Source: Chthoniobacterales bacterium (GTDB taxonomy: Bacteria; Verrucomicrobiota; Verrucomicrobiia; Chthoniobacterales; Chthoniobacteraceae). Taken from it: a stretch of DNA of 64,000 nucleotides. Under the pieces are notes generated by a model, which saw nothing but the letters and a program-made list of their open reading frames with translations, had not been told where the DNA came from and did no database searches. Location of the stretch: the NCBI GenBank assembly GCA_038238905.1, contig JBBSFI010000001.1, positions 15,756 to 79,755 on the forward strand. The letters run 5' to 3'. A program made the position numbers and the translations under genes. This document shows positions 8,434 to 17,917 of the stretch, piece by piece; the first letter of the stretch is position 1; each line of letters begins with the position of its first letter.

Positions 8434-11400
8434 ATGAAGCTGAAATCCTCTCGTCCTTCCAATCGCATCGCCGCCTCCGTCAAGACTTCCGCACGGCAAG
8501 TCTCACCTGGTCTCAAATTCCAGCGCACATTCAGCAAACCGTCCGTTTCACCGTTCGACGAAGTCGAATGGGAGCAGCGCACCGCCGAAATCACTGACGA
8601 TTCCGGCAAAGCCATCTTTAAGCAGGAAAAAGTCGACGTGCCCAAAGGCTGGAGCGCCCTCGCCACGAAGATCGCCGTCTCCAAATATTTTTACGGCGAC
8701 ATCGCGCAGGGCGCCGATCCCTACAAAGGCGGGCGCGAATCGTCCGTCCGCCAGCTCATCCATCGCGTAACGCGCAGCATCACCGACGCGGGCAAGAAGG
8801 ACGGCTACTTCGCCGATGACCAGAGTGCCGAGATTTTCTACAACGATCTCACCTGGCTCTGCCTTAATCAGCACGGCGCGTTCAATTCGCCGGTCTGGTT
8901 CAATGTCGGCTTGCATCAGCAGTACGGCACCGGCAAGGGCCGCGGCGAGGGCAACTACTTCTACGATCGCGACCTCGACGAGGCGCGCCGCTCCCCCACC
9001 CAGTACGAGTATCCCCAGGGCAGCGCTTGCTTCATCCAATCGGTCGGCGACACGATGGAGGACATCATGCGCCTCGCCACTTCCGAGGCGATGCTCTTCA
9101 AGTTCGGCTCAGGCACCGGCTCCGATCTCTCGACCCTCCGCTCGACTCGCGAAAAGCTCTCCGGCGGCGGACGCCCCAGCGGGCCGCTCTCCTTTTTGAA
9201 GGTGTACGATCAGGTCGCCAATGTCGTCAAATCCGGCGGCAAAACCCGGCGCGCCGCGAAGATGAATACCCTCAAGGACTGGCATCCCGACATCGAGGAA
9301 TTCATTGAGGCCAAGACCAAGGAGGAGAAAAAGGCGTGGGCGCTTATCGAGCAGGGGTACGACGGCTCGTACAATGGCGACGCGTACGGCTCGATCATGT
9401 ACCAGAACGAGAATCTCTCGGTCCGCGTGAGTGACGACTTCATGAATGCGGCCATCGAAGGGCGCGAATGGTGGACTCAGCGCGTCACCGACGGCAAGCC
9501 CTGCGAGAAGAAGGAGGCCCGCACGCTCCTCCGCAAAATCGCCGAAGGGACTCACGTCTGCGGCGATCCCGGCATGCAGTTCGACACCACGATTCACAAG
9601 TGGCACACCTGCAAAGGGACTGGACGCCAGAACTCCACGAACCCGTGCTCCGAGTATCTTTTCCTCGATAATACCGCCTGCAATCTCGCGTCGCTGAATC
9701 TTCTGAAGTTCAAGAGCCCCGATGGCTCATTCAACATCGAGCGCTTCAAGGCTGCCGTGCGCATCTTCATCACCGCGCAGGAAATCATCGTCGATAACGC
9801 GTCGTATCCGATCAAGGAGATCGCGGAGAACTCGCACATCTACCGCACGCTCGGCCTCGGCTACGCCAATCTCGGCGCGCTCATCATGAGCTACGGCCTC
9901 GGCTACGATTCCGATGAAGGCCGCGCGCTTGCCGGAGCGATCACCGCGATCATGACGGGCCACGCCTACGAGCAGTCCGCGAAGATGGCCGAGGCGATGG
10001 GGCCATTCCCCGGCTATCACGACAGCCGCTGCAGCGGCGTGCCAAATCCGGTCGAGAAGACCAACGCGCCGAGCATGAAGGAAGTCATCGAGCTGCATCG
10101 CGACAATGTCGCGCACATCCAGGAAAGCCCGCGCTTTGGCTACCTTAAGGAAGAGGCGCGCAAGTGCTGGAACGGCGCGCTCTCTCTCGGAAAGAAGCAC
10201 GGCTACCGCAATGCCCAGGTCACCGTCCTCGCACCGACCGGCACCATCGGATTCCTCATGGATTGCGACACGACCGGCATCGAACCCGACATCGCCTTGG
10301 TGAAGTACAAGCTGCTCGCCGGCGGCGGCATGCTGAAGATCGTAAATCAGACTGTGAAGCCAGCGCTCCACGACCTCGGCTACAGCACCGCTGAGATCGA
10401 GCGCATGATCGCCCATATCGACAAGTACGACACGATCGAGGATCTCGAAGACGAGCAGACCGGCGACACGATCACCTCGGGCCTCAAGCCGGAGCATCTC
10501 TCCGTGTTCGATTGCGCGTTCAAGCCGCGGTACGGCCAGCGTTCGCTCCACTATCGCGGGCACATCCGCATGATGGCCGCCGCCCAGCCATTCCTATCGG
10601 GCGCCATCTCGAAGACCGTCAATCTTCCCAACGAAGCAACGGTCGATGACATCATGAACACCTACATCGAGGGATGGCAGCTCGGCCTCAAGGCGATCGC
10701 TATCTACCGCGATGGCTCGAAGCGCTCCGCGCCCGTCGTCACCGACAAGAAGAAGCACGGCAGCTCCACGAACGCGGATGGCGGCTGCGGGAGCAGCCTC
10801 GCCGCGGAGGTCGATGCGATTGTCGCAGACAAACAGGCCCTGCAAAACCGCCTTTCCGAGTTGGAGGAAGAAGTCACTGTCCTGCGCAAAAAGGCCGATG
10901 AACCCGTCCGCCGCCGCATGGCCGAGACCCGCGTCTCGCTCACGCACAAATTCGAGATCGCCGGACACAAAGGGTACCTCACGGTCGGCCTCTTCGACGA
11001 CGGCGCCCCCGGCGAACTCTTTATCCAGATGAACAAGGAAGGGAGCACCATCGGTGGCCTCATGGACACCGTTGCGACCCTCACCTCGATCGCCATGCAG
11101 TACGGCGTGCCGCTCGAATCGCTCGTGAAGAAATTCGCGTATCAACGCTTCGAACCGTCGGGTTTCACAAAGAACCCCGATATCCGCAACGCCACATCGA
11201 TCACCGACTACGTATTCCGCTGGCTGGCGTGCCAATTCATTAAAGGGTACAAGGAAGCCACCTCGCCCAACAAGACTCAGCCCGACCTCCCGCTCAAGGA
11301 ACTGAACGAGATCGACCGCAAAGCCATCAACCGCCCGGTAACCGACCTCGCCATCTCGCCCGAAAAGGGAATTATCGACATCCTCACCCACGAAGGGAAC

Positions 11401-11628
11401 AGCGAGGGAACAATGCTCGGCAACGGGCAAGGGAACGGCCATGGCAATGGAAACGGCAACGGGCACACCCACCGCCCCAACGCCGGCACCCACGCCGAAC
11501 GCCTCCAAGGCGCCCTCGGCACCATGTACATGGACACGACCTGCTCCCACTGCGGCTCCAGCAAAGTCATCCGCGCCGGAGCATGCGGCGTGTGTACAGA
11601 GTGCGGTACCAGCCAAGGGTGCTCGTAA
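8434..11628 (+). CDS. nrdJ: vitamin B12-dependent (class II) ribonucleotide reductase
   Basis: 1064 aa with hallmark class II RNR blocks (GSACFIQSV, NPCSEYLFLDNTACNLASLNL, APTGTIGFLMDCDTTGIEPD, SKTVNLP). The C-terminal tail is Cys-rich (CSHCGSS...CGVCTECG). Confidence 0.95.
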   Translation: MKLKSSRPSNRIAASVKTSARQVSPGLKFQRTFSKPSVSPFDEVEWEQRTAEITDDSGKAIFKQEKVDVPKGWSALATKIAVSKYFYGDIAQGADPYKGGRESSVRQLIHRVTRSITDAGKKDGYFADDQSAEIFYNDLTWLCLNQHGAFNSPVWFNVGLHQQYGTGKGRGEGNYFYDRDLDEARRSPTQYEYPQGSACFIQSVGDTMEDIMRLATSEAMLFKFGSGTGSDLSTLRSTREKLSGGGRPSGPLSFLKVYDQVANVVKSGGKTRRAAKMNTLKDWHPDIEEFIEAKTKEEKKAWALIEQGYDGSYNGDAYGSIMYQNENLSVRVSDDFMNAAIEGREWWTQRVTDGKPCEKKEARTLLRKIAEGTHVCGDPGMQFDTTIHKWHTCKGTGRQNSTNPCSEYLFLDNTACNLASLNLLKFKSPDGSFNIERFKAAVRIFITAQEIIVDNASYPIKEIAENSHIYRTLGLGYANLGALIMSYGLGYDSDEGRALAGAITAIMTGHAYEQSAKMAEAMGPFPGYHDSRCSGVPNPVEKTNAPSMKEVIELHRDNVAHIQESPRFGYLKEEARKCWNGALSLGKKHGYRNAQVTVLAPTGTIGFLMDCDTTGIEPDIALVKYKLLAGGGMLKIVNQTVKPALHDLGYSTAEIERMIAHIDKYDTIEDLEDEQTGDTITSGLKPEHLSVFDCAFKPRYGQRSLHYRGHIRMMAAAQPFLSGAISKTVNLPNEATVDDIMNTYIEGWQLGLKAIAIYRDGSKRSAPVVTDKKKHGSSTNADGGCGSSLAAEVDAIVADKQALQNRLSELEEEVTVLRKKADEPVRRRMAETRVSLTHKFEIAGHKGYLTVGLFDDGAPGELFIQMNKEGSTIGGLMDTVATLTSIAMQYGVPLESLVKKFAYQRFEPSGFTKNPDIRNATSITDYVFRWLACQFIKGYKEATSPNKTQPDLPLKELNEIDRKAINRPVTDLAISPEKGIIDILTHEGNSEGTMLGNGQGNGHGNGNGNGHTHRPNAGTHAERLQGALGTMYMDTTCSHCGSSKVIRAGACGVCTECGTSQGCS

Positions 11629-11921
11629 GCAGCGCGAGATTCACGGTCAACCATTGCCCAGGTGCTCGAAGCCAAAGGCAAAATCGACTCCGTCCAGAGC
11701 TGGTCCGCTGCACGGGTGCGCTCCTTCGTGGACGCTGCGTGATCGGCAGCAAATAATTCGTGGGCAGCGTCTTCGAGGCGAACCGCTCGCATTTAGACCG
11801 AAGAGCACCGATGGCGGACGACGAATGCGGCTCGCCGCCGCCCATCTACAGCATGCGGCATCTTCGACTGAACGTGCTGACCAGGGAACGAGCCAACGCT
11901 CCTGCCAGTCTTTTCGAGTGT

Positions 11922-12364
11922 TCAGGCGACGGTCTGCGACGGTAGAAAGGCGAACGCCCTGAAAACTTCGAAGTCCACCGGATTTAGCGTCAACAGCGAG
12001 GTGATGCCCGCCGTGTGGTACGTGGCCGCGAGTAGGGTATCCAGCACTCGCTTGCGGCCCATTCCATAGCCTCGCATCCATGCGTGAAATTGAGTAATCA
12101 TCGTCTCGGTTGGAAACACCTGAACGACTTCGGAGGCTTTCCACCAAGTTTCGGACTTTCCGATCGCATTCTCCATGGAAAAAGGATTCTGAAACCGGCG
12201 CGGATCCGTCACGACATGAATGAATCCGCTAGAACTTGCGGCGCAATCGCGACGAGGTCGTCTTGAGCAAGTAGTTTGCTCAGAATCCGCAGCGCCTCCG
12301 AGTGGCGCTTGTGTTCCACGATTTCGACTGCAAGCAGAAATGTCGTGTCGACGCCGTGATTCAC
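11922..12364 (-). pseudogene. vapC: PIN-domain VapC toxin, frameshifted
   Basis: A GTG at 12364 opens VNHGVDTTFLLAVEIVEHKRHSEALRILSKLLAQDDLVAIAPQVLA, which then hits a stop at 12208-12210. The rest of the PIN domain (FIHVVTDPRRFQNPF...TLLAATYHTAGITSLLTLNPVDF) continues in the frame of tracked ORF 11922..12389. The junction near 12225 is consistent with one missing base (expected ..QVLAEFIHVV..). Confidence 0.75.
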
Positions 12365-12579
12365 GCGTTAGGTTTGCCCAACATTTCATCGTACCACTCT
12401 TGCCGTGAACCTTGAGGCTGAAGAATCCTCCCGACGCTTTCTGGCTGTATCTGAGTCAAGCTCGGCCGCTGGGCATATTCCATCATTCGGCGCGCCTTCC
12501 GGATGGAGCCTTCCAACTGCGCCAACTCCTAGGAAGAAAGCTGCGGAAGGGCGTCTTCGATCTCGGCAAGCGTGCTCAT
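12361..12579 (-). pseudogene. VapB-type antitoxin with in-frame TAG
   Basis: ATG at 12579 gives MSTLAEIEDALPQLSS, then TAG (12531-12529), then ELAQLEGSIRKARRMMEYAQRPS...EWYDEMLGKPNA. Its TGA overlaps the vapC GTG by 4 nt (GTGA), the classic TA-operon arrangement. Confidence 0.6.
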
Positions 12580-12932
12580 TTGCAAGGTATCGCCAAAGTC
12601 TACCACCGCGAGTAGGTTTCTGGCAAGAACGAGCACCGTGGCATTAGACGGACAGCAGTAGGCGTCCAAGCGCCAATTCACCAAAGGCGGGGGATCATCG
12701 GGGATCATCCAAGGCGGCACGCGCGAGCCAGCACACCGTAAGAAGCTGGCTGAGCCGTTCCCCCTTCGTTCACCGCAACTGAAAGTAGTCACCTCCAATA
12801 CGCCGACGCCTGCCGGAAGGGCGCGTAAATCCCGGGGGCGACCTTGGCGGGAGAGAAGACAAAGCCGTACCGATCGTTCTTTGCGTCAACAGGGTCGAGG
12901 AGCACTTTTTTGAACCTCGCTTTCTTCGTGTA

Positions 12933-13289
12933 TTAGATCAGGACTCGCGCGGTGCCGTTGATGCCCCACATCTTGAGTCCGGTGCCGAAGAGGCCGCCGG
13001 CTGGGAAGAGATTGTCCAAGTCCGACATCGCATGAAAGCAGTTGATGGCAGACTTGTCTTTGCGGGAGACGCGGTCGTCGGCCCGGTAAAGGATCGTTCC
13101 CGCGTCGAGCAGGCGCATGCGTTTGACGCCGAGATCGAAACCGTCCCGCTCGATCTCGTACGGACCCCACATAGCGATGACGTTCTTGGCGGCTACAGCG
13201 AGGCGGATCGTCGAGCGATCTCCGCAAACAATGGATCGGGCCGCTTCACTGTCAGGGTTTTCATAGATCTGCGCAAAGCACCCGCGCAT
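12933..13289 (-). CDS. hypothetical protein (possibly truncated by a nonsense codon)
   Basis: 118-aa ORF directly downstream of the serine hydrolase gene. After its TAA the same frame stays open and coding-like for 47 more codons (YTKKARFKKVLLDPVDAKNDRYGFVFSPAKVAPGIY...) to a TGA at 12789-12791. Confidence 0.45.
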   Translation of the reverse strand: MRGCFAQIYENPDSEAARSIVCGDRSTIRLAVAAKNVIAMWGPYEIERDGFDLGVKRMRLLDAGTILYRADDRVSRKDKSAINCFHAMSDLDNLFPAGGLFGTGLKMWGINGTARVLI

Positions 13290-13326
13290 TTCGTCGTCAC
13301 CGCATCGTTCCAGAAACTCTCCTCCT

Positions 13327-14433
13327 TCAGTGCGGATGAACCGCCAGGCTGTCGATCGTTTGCTTCAGCTTAGCCTGCGCTTCTGCGTTTGCTGGCAAAG
13401 GAGCATCGTGCAGAGCAGGCAGCAGTGTGTCCCAGACGACGTTTAACTCTGCCTGCATGTCGTTGGTCGCGGCGGTGATCGCGATGACTGCGTCTTGCAC
13501 GGGCAGAACGACGCAAAACTGGCCGGCTGCTCCGTCGCCGCGATATGCGCCATGGCGGCAGCGCCAGAACTGGTAACCGTAACCTTGATCCCAATCGCTC
13601 TTAGGATTGCTCCCATTCGATGTCTGGCGAGCGGTGGCCGCGCCCACCCACGCCTCCGGAACCAACTGGGCGCCGCGCCAGTTCCCTTTCTGAAGATAGA
13701 GCTGGCCAAACTTCGCGATATCTTCGGTGCGCACAAAGAGCCCCCAGCCGCCAAGGTTCACGCCCTGCGGACTGACTCCCCATGTGGCCCCTTCGATGCC
13801 CAGCGGCTCGAACAGTCGCGGGCGAAGATAGTCGAAGACAGTCTCTCCCGTTACTTTCTGTACGATTGCAGAAAGCATATACGTGCCGGCGGAGTTATAG
13901 AGAAAATGTGTGCCAGGCTTGAACGGAACAGGCTGGGCGAGAAACGCCTTCGTCCACGCGTCCGTCGCTTCTTTCAAGTGCGGCTCATCCTGCTGTCCAC
14001 ACGACATGATAAGCAGATCGCGGACCCGCATGGCGGAAAGGTTCTTTGACGATGTAGCGGGCAAGTCGTCCGGAAAGAATTTGGCGACTTCGTCGTCGAG
14101 GCTGAGTTTGCCATCGGCAATCGCCAAACCCACGGCCGTGGATGTGAAGCTCTTGCTCAGCGAATTGAGAATGTGCGGCGTCTCGGCGGCGTTTGGTTTC
14201 CACCACCCCTCCGCCACCACATTTCCGTGCCGCACGAGCATGAAGCTATGGAGCGTGTTGATCTGCCGATCGGCTGCCTGGACGAAGGCTTCGATCCCAG
14301 CGGACGACACTCCCTGCGCCTCCGGCGAACTGCGCGGAAGATCCTTGCTCTCCGCAGCGAGCGCACCGTGAGCGAATGAAAAGGAGGCGATGGCGCATGC
14401 CACGAGGCCGCGAATAGGGAGGGAAAATTGCAT
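13327..14433 (-). CDS. serine hydrolase, beta-lactamase/PBP fold (class C-like)
   Basis: Start at the internal ATG 14433 gives signal peptide MQFSLPIRGLVACAIASFSFAHGALA. SxxK motif (SLSKSF) and YxN motif (YNSAG) are present. Confidence 0.85.
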   Translation of the reverse strand: MQFSLPIRGLVACAIASFSFAHGALAAESKDLPRSSPEAQGVSSAGIEAFVQAADRQINTLHSFMLVRHGNVVAEGWWKPNAAETPHILNSLSKSFTSTAVGLAIADGKLSLDDEVAKFFPDDLPATSSKNLSAMRVRDLLIMSCGQQDEPHLKEATDAWTKAFLAQPVPFKPGTHFLYNSAGTYMLSAIVQKVTGETVFDYLRPRLFEPLGIEGATWGVSPQGVNLGGWGLFVRTEDIAKFGQLYLQKGNWRGAQLVPEAWVGAATARQTSNGSNPKSDWDQGYGYQFWRCRHGAYRGDGAAGQFCVVLPVQDAVIAITAATNDMQAELNVVWDTLLPALHDAPLPANAEAQAKLKQTIDSLAVHPH

Positions 14434-14543
14434 ATGCAATTTTGTACGGCAGCACCGGTCGGCGCACAAGCCGCCCGTTGCCGCACAGCAGCCAGCTTTC
14501 TACCGCTGGACAATCCAGCCGCGCCGCCGGACGTTTCCGCATC

Positions 14544-16028
14544 ATGAAGCGGCTTCTATCGCGGCTCCTCACGGGTGCGTTCCTCCTCGCCTTCGTGGCC
14601 TTGCCGCATCAAACACGCGCCGAAGACGAACCCGAAACCGAGGCCAGCGATCTCGCTGGCAAGACGGCGCCCGACTTTTCCCTCGATCTCCTCGGCGGCG
14701 GGACGTTCAAATTATCCGAGCATCGCGGCAAAGAGATCGTCGTCCTGGATTTTTGGGCAACGTGGTGCGGCCCCTGTGTTTACGCGCTGCCGATCGTGAC
14801 GGAGGTGACCGCCGCCTATAAGGACAAAGGCGTCGTGTTCGTAGCGATGAATCAGGCGGAGGATGCGAAGACTATCGAGAAGTTCCTGGCTGACTCGAAG
14901 CTGGCGATCGCCGTCGCGCTGGACCGCGATGCGAAGGCTGGCAGAGCCTACGATGTGCAGGGGATTCCCACGACTGTGATCATTGACAAGCAGGGAAAGG
15001 TGCAGGTCGTGCATGTGGGCGCCAGCCCGAATCTCAAGGTGAAGCTTGTAAAGCAACTCGACGACCTTCTCGCGGGCAAGAGTCTCATTCCAGTCAAAGA
15101 GTTGAGTGTCACCGATCTCACCGGATTGGAGGCTGTCTGGAGCGCTCCGGGAAAATTCGGCGGGCTCGCAGCCGATGGCGGGACGGTGTACGCGCTCAAC
15201 AATCGCGGCCAATGCACCGTGCTAAATGCGAAGGGCGAGCCGGTCCGAGAATTCCCGATGGAGGGGCAAAAGGGATTTCTCCGCGCTGCGCGGTTTTCGC
15301 CAAATGCCGAGCGCGGCCTCGTCTCCTTCGATCCGTGGGGAGCGGATTTGAAGGCGTGGGATGCGCAGGGAAAGGAACTCTGGAGCTATCCCGGCGGAGA
15401 TGGGGTCGTCGATGTCTGGCCGGCGAGTCTGAAGGAAGATGGCGCGGAGCAAATCGTGGTCGGGTACTCCGGCGGCATCCACGTCCTGAATGGGCAGGGC
15501 AAGCCGCTCTGGAAGAGTGGAAATCTGAGCGGCGTCTCACGCGTCTGCTCCGGCGTCCTGGAACTTGGCGCTCCAGCAGCCGTGCTGGCGGTCTCAAAGA
15601 AGGGGGTGCATCTGCTCGGCAGCGATGGAAAGCGTCAGCCCGATCTTGCAGCAGATCTGCGGCCCGCCATGGTGCGCGTCGTTCCTGCGTCGAACGGCCA
15701 CCCCGCGGAGACGATCGTGGGCGGCTCGTCGGAGGATGGGGAAATGCTGATAGCTATGAACTCGAAAGGCAAGGAGCTATGGCGTACCGCCGCGAGCAGC
15801 GGGAAAGGACACATCGACTCCGCATGTCCCGCGCCTGGGCAGCCATGGCTCGCAGTCTCGATGCGCGGAGGCCGTGTCTTCGTCGTGGATGCGGACTCCG
15901 GGAAGATCGTGGCGGAATCGAACGGGGAGGCGTCGCGAGCCGAAGTGGCATGGCTCGAGGCCTCGAGCGGTCCGCTTCTTGTAGTGACCGGGCGCGACGC
16001 GCTGCATGCGTACCGCCTCGTGAAATAG
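14544..16028 (+). CDS. TlpA-like thioredoxin-fold domain fused to a beta-propeller-like domain
   Basis: ATG 14544 gives signal peptide MKRLLSRLLTGAFLLAFVALP. A redoxin domain with FWATWCGPC is followed by ~330 aa of repeated G..LW/..G.V strands resembling a PQQ/WD-like propeller. Confidence 0.8.
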   Translation: MKRLLSRLLTGAFLLAFVALPHQTRAEDEPETEASDLAGKTAPDFSLDLLGGGTFKLSEHRGKEIVVLDFWATWCGPCVYALPIVTEVTAAYKDKGVVFVAMNQAEDAKTIEKFLADSKLAIAVALDRDAKAGRAYDVQGIPTTVIIDKQGKVQVVHVGASPNLKVKLVKQLDDLLAGKSLIPVKELSVTDLTGLEAVWSAPGKFGGLAADGGTVYALNNRGQCTVLNAKGEPVREFPMEGQKGFLRAARFSPNAERGLVSFDPWGADLKAWDAQGKELWSYPGGDGVVDVWPASLKEDGAEQIVVGYSGGIHVLNGQGKPLWKSGNLSGVSRVCSGVLELGAPAAVLAVSKKGVHLLGSDGKRQPDLAADLRPAMVRVVPASNGHPAETIVGGSSEDGEMLIAMNSKGKELWRTAASSGKGHIDSACPAPGQPWLAVSMRGGRVFVVDADSGKIVAESNGEASRAEVAWLEASSGPLLVVTGRDALHAYRLVK

Positions 16029-16069
16029 TCACTCGCGCAAAGAAAAGTGCTTGTCTGCTCCCAGGCGGC

Positions 16070-16975
16070 ATGCCACATATCGTGGCTATGCCACCAGTCC
16101 AAGAGTCATCTTCCGCTTTCGCGGGGATCGTGCGCGACCCGGCATATCAGCAGCTCCACGGCTTGCTGCGCGGCTTGATTCGATCCGGCGACTACACGGC
16201 AGGTTCGAAGTTTCCCACGGAGCGTGCGGTTGCGGCGCGCTTCGGCGTCAGTCGCGTCACCGCGAACAAGGCGTTGGCCGGTCTCGTCGCCGAAGGGGTG
16301 CTCGATTTCAAGAAAGGGGTCGGCACGTTCGTCCGCGATCCCGGGATGGATTACGACCTGCGTTCGCTCATGAGCTTTACGCGAAAGGCGGAGCTTTCCG
16401 GCAAGATCCCGCAAACTGTGGTGCGAAAGTTTTCCACGGTCAAAGGAGCCGAGGTCGGTCCAGGCGTCCGCGCGGCCCTGGAGGTCGGCGATGCAGACTC
16501 GCTCCACTTCGTCGAGCGGCTTCGCTCCACCGACGGCGTCCCTGTCATTCTGGAGCGCCGATTTCTCGTCTCCCGGCATACGCCCCGGTTGCGGCTTGCC
16601 GATGTCGCCGGCTCGCTCTACACGGTGCTCACCGAGCGATTTGGGCTGCACCTCTCAGGGTCCGATCAGATCATCCGCGCCGTCAATCTCGACGCAAAGG
16701 ATGCGTCGATCCTTGGAGTCAAATCGGGGGGCGCTGCGGTATGGGTGCATGCCGTCGGCTATTGCGAACACGGTCCGCTTTGGCTTGAGGATACGCTCTA
16801 TCGCGGCGACCGGTATGAATTTCACAATTCGCTAGGAAGCCACAAGGCCGCCCGCCCAGCGCGCGCCGCGCTTTCCCCAATCGAGCGCCAGCAAATGATC
16901 GCGATGCCTGCCGCCCGATCGCCGGTGCGCCATGGCAAAGCCGCCGCGCGTCCAACTAAATTCACAAGCAAATGA
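16070..16975 (+). CDS. GntR/HutC-family transcriptional regulator (wHTH + UTRA)
   Basis: Only the last ~300 codons of the 587-aa tracked ORF are credible. They show the wHTH KFPTERAVAARFGVSRVTANKALAGLVAEGVL followed by a UTRA-like effector domain. Start 16070 or 16088. Confidence 0.8.
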   Translation: MPHIVAMPPVQESSSAFAGIVRDPAYQQLHGLLRGLIRSGDYTAGSKFPTERAVAARFGVSRVTANKALAGLVAEGVLDFKKGVGTFVRDPGMDYDLRSLMSFTRKAELSGKIPQTVVRKFSTVKGAEVGPGVRAALEVGDADSLHFVERLRSTDGVPVILERRFLVSRHTPRLRLADVAGSLYTVLTERFGLHLSGSDQIIRAVNLDAKDASILGVKSGGAAVWVHAVGYCEHGPLWLEDTLYRGDRYEFHNSLGSHKAARPARAALSPIERQQMIAMPAARSPVRHGKAAARPTKFTSK

Positions 16976-17898
16976 AACTTGGTTTTGCCTCCGCCATCCT
17001 CCCGGATCTGTCGCTCGACGAGGTCCTCCGCTTTGCCGCCGACGAGCATTTTGAGACGGTCGAGGTGATGTGCTGGCCGTCCGGAAAAGCGGAACGCAAA
17101 TTCGCCGGCGTAACGCATTTGGATGTGAGTGACTTCGGAGAGGCGCAGGCAGCCGAAACGCTTGCACTCGTCCAGAAGCACGGCGTAAGCATCAGCGCCC
17201 TCGGTTACTATCCCAATGTGCTGGACCCCGATCCATTGATATCGGCCGTATGCGTAGGACACTTGAAGAAAGTCATCGCCGCCGCGTTAAAGCTCGGCCT
17301 CGCTGGAGTAAACACATTCGCTGGACGCGACTGGACGAAAAGCGCGGATGCAAATTGGCCGCGCCTTCTTGAGATTTGGCGCCCGCTGGTTGAATTTGCG
17401 GAGGAGCACGGGGTGCGCATCGGGATCGAGAACTGTCCGATGTTATTCACCGCCGACGAATGGCCTGGTGGAAAGAATATCGCGACAACGCCTGAGATCT
17501 GGCGGCGAATGTTTAGCGATATTCCGTCGCCCAATCTTGGGCTTAATTACGATCCATCCCATTTTGCGCTGCAAATGATGGATCCGGTCTCACCGCTGGC
17601 GGAGTTTCAATCCAAGCTGTTCCATATGCATGCAAAAGATGTGAAACTGGATCGCGCCAGGCTGAATGATGTGGGCATTTTTTCCGAGCCGCTCAAATGG
17701 CACCGCCCGTGCATTCCTGGCGCGGGGGAAATCGACTGGACACCCTTTATGGGTGCGCTGAAAGCCGTCGGCTACGACGGCCCAATCTGCATTGAGATCG
17801 AGGATGAAAGCTTCGGCAAGACGATCGAGGGCCGCAAGCTGGCCCTTCAAACAGCGTATAGCGTTCTTCGGCCGCTTTGCCCCGCCTCGTTATCCTAA
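16972..17898 (+). CDS. sugar phosphate isomerase/epimerase (xylose isomerase-like TIM barrel; IolE-like)
   Basis: 308 aa, MKLGFASAILPDLSLDEVLRFAA... with GIENCP and HMHAKD metal-site-like blocks. The ATGA overlap with the GntR gene suggests co-transcription. Confidence 0.75.
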   Translation: MKLGFASAILPDLSLDEVLRFAADEHFETVEVMCWPSGKAERKFAGVTHLDVSDFGEAQAAETLALVQKHGVSISALGYYPNVLDPDPLISAVCVGHLKKVIAAALKLGLAGVNTFAGRDWTKSADANWPRLLEIWRPLVEFAEEHGVRIGIENCPMLFTADEWPGGKNIATTPEIWRRMFSDIPSPNLGLNYDPSHFALQMMDPVSPLAEFQSKLFHMHAKDVKLDRARLNDVGIFSEPLKWHRPCIPGAGEIDWTPFMGALKAVGYDGPICIEIEDESFGKTIEGRKLALQTAYSVLRPLCPASLS

Positions 17899-17917
17899 AC
17901 GGGCTGAAAAGTTAACT

